A stretch of DNA of 29,224 nt. Origin: a virus. Lineage: Duplodnaviria > Caudoviricetes. This document shows positions 23,475 to 29,224 of this stretch, in pieces. A program made the position numbers and the translations under genes. The stretch lies in IMG/VR virus record IMGVR_UViG_3300037876_000121, positions 1-29,224 of that record. One strand, written 5' to 3'. Under the pieces are notes generated by a model. That model was given only the letters and a program-made list of their open reading frames with translations, was not told the origin of the DNA and ran no database searches. Position 1 is the first letter of the stretch. The number at the start of each line of letters is the position of its first letter.

Positions 23475-26400
23475 ATGGCATTAACATCACCAGGAGTAGA
23501 AGTTTCAGTAATTAACGAGAGCTTTTATGTACCATCAGATGCGGGTACAACACCACTATTCATAGTAGCATCATCACAGGATAAGAACAACGGAGCGGGC
23601 GACGGCACTGCTGTAGGAACACAGACTGCAAACGCCAACACTGCTTATTTGATCTCATCTCAAAGAGAATTAACAGAGACTTTCGGAGATCCGAAATTCT
23701 ACACAGACGCATCAGGAAATTCATTAAACGGTTATGAGCTGAACGAGTATGGCTTACAAGCGGCTTACAGTTTTCTAGGAGTTGCCAACAGAGCATTTGT
23801 CCTAAGAGCGAATGTGGACACAGCAGGATTAGTTGGAAGTGCCGCGGCACCTACAGCAAACCCAACAGATGGAACATACTGGTTTGACCTTGCATCAAGC
23901 AGTTACGGTTTATTTGAGTGGTCTGCTACCAATCAATCATTCACAACAATTACTCCAACACTTATCACTTCAACAAGTGACCTAGTTGGCGGTGTTTCAA
24001 CTGGTGCACCAAAAACTTCAATTGGTGTAATTGGTGATTACGCAATCAACACGACACACGTTACTAACAAGATCTACAAGAAGACAGCAAGTAACACTTG
24101 GGTGCAGGTTGGAGCAGAAGCATGGCACACATCTTTACCGGTGGTGACAGTTGCTTCAGGTACAACAGTAACAAGTGGTCATAAAATGTCGATCAACGGA
24201 ATCGAAATCACAACAAGTGGTACAACATTATCTAACGTTGCATCAGTGATCGGATCAAATGTAACTAACGTGACAGCAAGTGTAAACGCTACAACAGGTA
24301 ACCTAGAAATCTTCCACAATGGTAAGGCACTGGGTGACTCAACAGCGGGTGCTAACACTATCAGATTTGAAGCAGTTTCAGGTACACTTTTAGCAGACCT
24401 TGGAATCACTGCTGGAACTTACAACGGTGTAAAATTATTACAAGACAAACACACTAACAGACCAACTTGGAAAACAGCAGACGAGAACAGACCCAACGGT
24501 TCGGTTTGGTTCAAAACAACTTCTGCAAATTCAGGTGCGGCTCTTGTTGCTAAACTTTACAGTTCAGCAAGTACAAGTTTCTCAACAGTTGCTAGTCCAC
24601 TTTATGCTACACACCACTCTGCGATCTATAACATAGATCCAGCGAACGGTGGAACTTCTTTATCAGCAGGTACAGTGTACGCACAGTACAATGTTACTGA
24701 GGAGTCAATGACAGCGGCAGATGCCAATGATTCAACTCCAAATGTTGCAGACTTCCAATTCTTCAGACACGAAGGTGGTGCCACTACTATAACAAGTAAC
24801 AGTACTTCACCAACTTTCACAAGTTCAGAAACTTTCTCAATACAAGAGTCAGTGAAGAACCAAGAAGCGTTAAACAGTGCAGTAACAGTAACACTAGGTG
24901 GTACTGATGCTGATGCCTTTATCGCGGCAGTGAACGGCGCAGGTTTGACTAATGTAAGTGCAAGTAAATTAAGCACAGGTGAGATTACTATAACACACAA
25001 ACTGGGCGGTGAGTTCAGAATGTTTGACACAAGTGGAACACCATTAGCAGACGCAGGTTTCAGTGCAACAACGGCACACGCTTACGGAACATTCACAGCG
25101 AACAGCTCAACATTGATCGACAACTTGTATGACTTACCAACAGGTGAAAGTCTTGACTCAAGTGCTAACACAGGTATCATGGCAAGTAACTGGAAGAGAT
25201 TAAGTTACACTGCTTCTACAAGTGCACCAAGCAACGAGCCAGCAGACGGTACATTATGGTACCATACTGCGACAGACGAAGCAGACATCATGGCACACAA
25301 TGGAACTACTTTCGTTGGATATGCAACAGCATACGCGAGTACAGATCCAAATGGTCCACAGTTCAAAGCAACAGCACCGACTACACAGTCAGACGGTACT
25401 GCACTTGTAACTAATGACTTATGGATTGACACAAGTGACCTTGAGAACTATCCAAAACTTTACAAGTACAACACATCAGCAACTCTAAGTTCTACAAACA
25501 CAGCAAACCAAGTGGCAGTTACCACTTCGGGTGCGGCATGGGAACTAGTTGACAAGGCAGACCAAACCACAGAAGACGGTATTGTGTTTGCGGATGCTAG
25601 ATTACACACAGCGGCCGACAAGGCAGATTCATTGTCAACAGGCGGTGCTGGAACTTCTAGTAGCATCAAAAATTTATTAAGCGATGGCTTCTTAGATCCA
25701 GATGCTCCAAATCCAGATCTTTACCCACAAGGTATATTGCTATGGAACACTAGAAGAAGTGGTTACAATGTTAAGGAATACAAAAACAATCACATCACAA
25801 CTGCAAAATATCCAGGAAGCGGATCAGCAGGTTTAGGTAACATCAGAGCAAGTAATGAGTCTGTAGCGACTTATTTCCCAGACAGATGGGTTACAAAATC
25901 AAGCAACAACGCAGACGGTTCTGGCTCTTTCGGTAGAAAAGCACAGAGGAAAGTGATTGTTGAACAACTTAAATCAGAGATAGATACTAACCAAGCAATC
26001 AGAGAAGACCAAAGAGGCTTCAACGTAATTGCTACACCTGGTTACCCTGAACTGATTCAAAACATGATCAACTTAAACACAGACAGAAACAACACAGCGT
26101 TTATAGTTGGTGACACACCTTTGAGATTAGAGGGCACGGCAACAGCAATACAAAACTACGCTAACAACACAGCCGGTGCATTAGACAACGGTGAGGATGG
26201 GTTAGTAAGTTCAAGTGATTACTTGGGTATGTTTTATCCATCAGGATCAACAACTGACAACACAGGCAAATCAATTGTTGTTCCACCATCACACATGATG
26301 TTAAGAACACTGGCAAACAACGACAACATCGCTTTTCCATGGTTTGCACCATCAGGAACAAGAAGAGGTGTAGTTGATAATGCCACATCGGTTGGTTACA

Positions 26401-26879
26401 TTAACACAGCAAGTGGAGAATTCGAAACAATATCTGTTACGGAGTCAGTGAGAGATTCAATGCATGAGGTAAAAGTGAACCCAATCACTTTCTTCTCAGG
26501 TGCAGGGATTGTTAACTTCGGTAACTTGACTAAAACATCGGCAAGTTCTGCATTAGACAGGATCAACGTTTCAAGATTAGCAGTTTACTTAAGAAGTCAA
26601 TTAGATGCTATTGCTAAACCATTTATCTTTGAACCAAATGATGAGTTGACGAGAAACGAGATCAAGGCGGCAATAGAATCATTCTTGTTAGAGTTAACAG
26701 GACAGAGAGCATTGTTTGACTTCCTAGTAGTTTGTGATGAGACGAACAACACACCTACAAGGATTGACAGAAATGAACTGTACGTGGATATAGCAATTGA
26801 GCCAATCAAATCAGTTGAATTCATCTACATACCGTTGAGAATCAAAAACACAGGAGAAATTGCAAAGTTAGGGAACTAA
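23475..26879 (+). CDS. gp18: Contractile tail sheath protein, T4 gp18-like (1134 aa)
   Basis: N-terminal LTSPGVEVSVINES and LTETFGDP; C-terminal PWFAPSGTRRG, KVNPI, SALDRINVSRL, FIFEPNDELTR, DFLVVCDETNNTP.RIDRNELYVDIAIEP.KSVEFIYIP. Confidence 0.96.
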   Translation: MALTSPGVEVSVINESFYVPSDAGTTPLFIVASSQDKNNGAGDGTAVGTQTANANTAYLISSQRELTETFGDPKFYTDASGNSLNGYELNEYGLQAAYSFLGVANRAFVLRANVDTAGLVGSAAAPTANPTDGTYWFDLASSSYGLFEWSATNQSFTTITPTLITSTSDLVGGVSTGAPKTSIGVIGDYAINTTHVTNKIYKKTASNTWVQVGAEAWHTSLPVVTVASGTTVTSGHKMSINGIEITTSGTTLSNVASVIGSNVTNVTASVNATTGNLEIFHNGKALGDSTAGANTIRFEAVSGTLLADLGITAGTYNGVKLLQDKHTNRPTWKTADENRPNGSVWFKTTSANSGAALVAKLYSSASTSFSTVASPLYATHHSAIYNIDPANGGTSLSAGTVYAQYNVTEESMTAADANDSTPNVADFQFFRHEGGATTITSNSTSPTFTSSETFSIQESVKNQEALNSAVTVTLGGTDADAFIAAVNGAGLTNVSASKLSTGEITITHKLGGEFRMFDTSGTPLADAGFSATTAHAYGTFTANSSTLIDNLYDLPTGESLDSSANTGIMASNWKRLSYTASTSAPSNEPADGTLWYHTATDEADIMAHNGTTFVGYATAYASTDPNGPQFKATAPTTQSDGTALVTNDLWIDTSDLENYPKLYKYNTSATLSSTNTANQVAVTTSGAAWELVDKADQTTEDGIVFADARLHTAADKADSLSTGGAGTSSSIKNLLSDGFLDPDAPNPDLYPQGILLWNTRRSGYNVKEYKNNHITTAKYPGSGSAGLGNIRASNESVATYFPDRWVTKSSNNADGSGSFGRKAQRKVIVEQLKSEIDTNQAIREDQRGFNVIATPGYPELIQNMINLNTDRNNTAFIVGDTPLRLEGTATAIQNYANNTAGALDNGEDGLVSSSDYLGMFYPSGSTTDNTGKSIVVPPSHMMLRTLANNDNIAFPWFAPSGTRRGVVDNATSVGYINTASGEFETISVTESVRDSMHEVKVNPITFFSGAGIVNFGNLTKTSASSALDRINVSRLAVYLRSQLDAIAKPFIFEPNDELTRNEIKAAIESFLLELTGQRALFDFLVVCDETNNTPTRIDRNELYVDIAIEPIKSVEFIYIPLRIKNTGEIAKLGN

Positions 26880-26902
26880 TTTTGAATAAATAGGAGAAAC
26901 AG

Positions 26903-27529
26903 ATGGCAATATCAACTTTATCAAAATTTACAGTACCACTAGCAAACGATCAGAGCTCAGCATCACAAGGTTTATTGATGCCAAAACTACAGTATCGTTT
27001 CAGAGCAATACTTGAAAATTTTGGAGTATCAACACCAAGATCAGAACTAACAAAACAAGTTATTGATATCACAAGACCTAACTTGACTTTTGACACAGTG
27101 ACACTAGATGTGTACAACTCAAAAGTTTATGTAGCAGGTAAACACACTTGGGATCCAATCACAATAACATTGAGAGATGATGTGAACAACTCAGTCACAA
27201 AACTAGTTGGTGAACAGATCCAGAAACAGTTTGATTTCTTTGAACAGAGTTCAGCGTCATCTGGTATTGATTACAAATTCACAACAAAAATTGAAATGCT
27301 TGATGGTGGTAACGGAGCGAGCACACCAAATGTGTTAGAAACATTTGAATTATACGGTGCGTACATTGAAAACGTTAACTACAACTCGTTAGCATACGCA
27401 ACGTCAGACCCAGCAACTATCACAATGTCAGTTAGATACGACAACGCAGTCCAAACTCCAACAGGAACAGGAATTGGAACAGCAGTGGCTAGAACGATCG
27501 GTACTCTAAGTACAGGTGGTGGACAGTAA
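26903..27529 (+). CDS. gp19: Tail tube protein, T4 gp19-like (208 aa)
   Basis: Directly after the sheath gene, SD AGGAG. Motifs PKLQYRFR, RPNLTF, YVAGKHTWDPITITLRDD, FELYGAY, ITMSVRYDNA. Confidence 0.88.
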   Translation: MAISTLSKFTVPLANDQSSASQGLLMPKLQYRFRAILENFGVSTPRSELTKQVIDITRPNLTFDTVTLDVYNSKVYVAGKHTWDPITITLRDDVNNSVTKLVGEQIQKQFDFFEQSSASSGIDYKFTTKIEMLDGGNGASTPNVLETFELYGAYIENVNYNSLAYATSDPATITMSVRYDNAVQTPTGTGIGTAVARTIGTLSTGGGQ

Positions 27530-27559
27530 TACAAAAATTAAGTAAGCAATTATAACATC

Positions 27560-27586
27560 AAAAGCGTCTTTATAGGCGCTTTTTTT
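27560..27586 (+). terminator. Rho-independent terminator
   Basis: AAAAGCGTCT-TTAT-AGGCGCTTTT-TTT. Confidence 0.85.
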
Positions 27587-27593
27587 GTGGCCA

Positions 27594-27599
27594 TAAATA
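27594..27599 (+). promoter_or_regulatory. Late promoter core TAAATA (leaderless start)
   Basis: CATAAATA, 5 nt before ATG 27605. Confidence 0.72.
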
Positions 27600-27604
27600 C
27601 GTGT

Positions 27605-28993
27605 ATGCCAAGCATAAACAACTTCCTAAAAGGTTTCCAAGACGGATTACCAGGTATGAAAGACTACCAACATGCATCGAGATTGTATATAGACGACAAT
27701 TTCAAATTGATGCCAAAACAGAAGTTTCTGTTCCATGTGGTTTTCAACACTGACGAAACATTGTTCGTGAACGGGTTCAACTCTAATGAGAGGTACCAAT
27801 TGAACATGTTGGTCAAGCAGTGCGACCTACCCAAGTACAACATGAGTTACGAGGAGAAGACACAGTACAACAAAAAGATGTATGCGGGCACTAGGATAGC
27901 GTATGAACCTGTAAACATCACATTCCACGATGATCACGCAGACACAGTGAACGCATTCTGGAAGAAGTACTACGAGTACAACATAGCAGATTCCATAGGC
28001 ATGAACAGTGACCTAACCATATCCAACACCAAGGACGACTATTATAATTTTGGCAGTGCAAGACAGACAACCAAATTTGGCATGGACACACCAAGACAAA
28101 GGCAGAAGCCATACCTCAAAGGCATAGAGATCTTTGTGTTACATAAACAGAGATTCACATCAATGACTCTAGTCAATCCTGTAATTGGTTCTTTCTCCCA
28201 CGACAGTCTAGACCAAGCAGACGGTCAAGGTATAATGAACAACACCATGCAGATACTATACGAGACAGTGATATATAAATCAGGTATTGTTAACAAGAAC
28301 AACGTACCTGGATTTGCAACAATAAATTACGACAACTCGCCTAGTCCTTTAACTGTACTAGGTGGCGGAACAAACAGTGTGTTTGGTCCTGGCGGAGTTG
28401 TGGATGGCATTGGCTCTGTGATCAGGAATGTGCAATCAGGAAACATATTAGGTGCAATACTAGGTGCATCCAACACCTACAATAATGCAAAGAAGATCAA
28501 GAAGTCAGCAGTGAAGGAAGAACTAAAGGGCATTGCCAAAGACGGAATACTGGAAGTTGGCAAACAGGCAGGTTCGATAACCAATCCTATCTCACAGTTT
28601 AGTGTGGGTGCGGCAGTAGTGGCGGGCGTTGCAATAGCATCATCCAGAGGTACAGCAGACAACAAGAATCAAGCCAATAACACAGTGATAATGAATGCCG
28701 AGATAGACACAGTAAACTTCCTGGGCACCAACGAATCATTTGATCTGGTCTCTAATAATACAAATGTCCGAGACGAAATAGCGGCTGGCATATACTACAA
28801 AGACATAGGTTCTCGTAATGGCCTGACAGTGGCACAATCAAACATAGAGTATGAAGGCTCATCAGATACCGTGAAGAATGTGTATACCAATAAAGCAATT
28901 ACTGATGTAAGGAAGTTGGTTACAGAAGGATACATCAAAATAGAAAGACAGACACAAGACGTTGAGATAGCAACAGAGAAAGCGACATTATAA
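27605..28993 (+). CDS. Tail-tube-fold protein, possible baseplate tube initiator (gp48/gp54-like) (462 aa)
   Basis: The N-half parallels the tube protein (PKQKFLFHV, VKQCDLPKY, YEPVNITFHDD, TLVNPVI..F.HD.LD, MQILYE). Start moved from the track GTG 27587 to ATG 27605. Confidence 0.7.
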   Translation: MPSINNFLKGFQDGLPGMKDYQHASRLYIDDNFKLMPKQKFLFHVVFNTDETLFVNGFNSNERYQLNMLVKQCDLPKYNMSYEEKTQYNKKMYAGTRIAYEPVNITFHDDHADTVNAFWKKYYEYNIADSIGMNSDLTISNTKDDYYNFGSARQTTKFGMDTPRQRQKPYLKGIEIFVLHKQRFTSMTLVNPVIGSFSHDSLDQADGQGIMNNTMQILYETVIYKSGIVNKNNVPGFATINYDNSPSPLTVLGGGTNSVFGPGGVVDGIGSVIRNVQSGNILGAILGASNTYNNAKKIKKSAVKEELKGIAKDGILEVGKQAGSITNPISQFSVGAAVVAGVAIASSRGTADNKNQANNTVIMNAEIDTVNFLGTNESFDLVSNNTNVRDEIAAGIYYKDIGSRNGLTVAQSNIEYEGSSDTVKNVYTNKAITDVRKLVTEGYIKIERQTQDVEIATEKATL

Positions 28994-29224
28994 TGGCTGA
29001 ATTCTACACAAACCTACCACGTAAAGACAGTGATGATCTGCAAAATACAGTAAACAAACTGACCACTACAAATTACGAAGGCAACTATGAGTTCAACGTT
29101 GGAGAGTATGACAGTACTATAGCATTCTTTGTCAAACGTAATTTCTCAAGAACAGCGGCAGAGTCAACAGCATACGCAATACTTTCACAGGCTAAAATTG
29201 ACAACATCAAACCACAACAAATAT
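28993..29224 (+). CDS. Hypothetical protein, 5' part only (runs off window)
   Basis: TAATG coupling; open frame MAEFYTNLPRKDSDDLQNTVNKL...FFVKRNFSRTAAESTAYAILSQAKIDNIKPQQ to the window end. Confidence 0.75.
   Translation, partial: MAEFYTNLPRKDSDDLQNTVNKLTTTNYEGNYEFNVGEYDSTIAFFVKRNFSRTAAESTAYAILSQAKIDNIKPQQI

Noticed and set aside
2722-28665. Many 60-190 aa antisense or alternate-frame ORFs in the track (e.g. 11250-11819, 7185-7649, 3109-3465)
   Set aside because: They are shadows of Thr/Ser/Gly-rich sense genes, with no start signals or recognisable motifs.
1-29224. Stop-codon reassignment (almost all stops are TAA)
   Set aside because: Genes are full length under code 11 with no fragmented ORFs; TAG and TGA end genes at plausible C-termini.
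1-29224. tRNA, rRNA, CRISPR array, integrase/att site, intron or intein
   Set aside because: Intergenic gaps are short and show no cloverleaf or repeat-spacer pattern; no recombinase, splicing motifs or interrupted core genes were seen by eye.

Overview
A 29.2 kb piece of the virion-morphogenesis region of a large T4-like myophage, probably from a lineage distant from T4. The host is unknown; an aquatic host is only a guess. The window runs from the end of a probable scaffold gene through the gp23-like major capsid protein and a ~16 kb array of Ser/Thr/Gly-rich fibre and decoration proteins built from a shared set of modules. Accessory genes are interleaved in that array: a small membrane protein, two SGNH-like proteins and a SAM methyltransferase. 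Next come a Nudix hydrolase, gp15/gp14/gp13-like neck and tail-completion genes in a split divergent arrangement, a dNMP kinase, a degenerate HNH/Zn-finger protein, a 1134-aa tail sheath, the tail tube and a tube-like paralogue. The regulatory grammar is unusually readable. TAAATA late-promoter cores precede almost every transcription unit, often only 5-10 nt before the ATG (leaderless), while sigma70-type promoters were seen only in front of the two nucleotide-metabolism genes. The best leads are a riboswitch-like multi-stem leader at 2095-2185 with a sequestered SD, a late promoter inside a terminator hairpin, an in-frame 107-codon cassette bounded by 23-nt direct repeats in a fibre gene, and recent module sharing between fibre genes. 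No tRNA, rRNA, CRISPR array, integrase or reverse transcriptase was seen. Family assignments come from motif recognition, not database searches.
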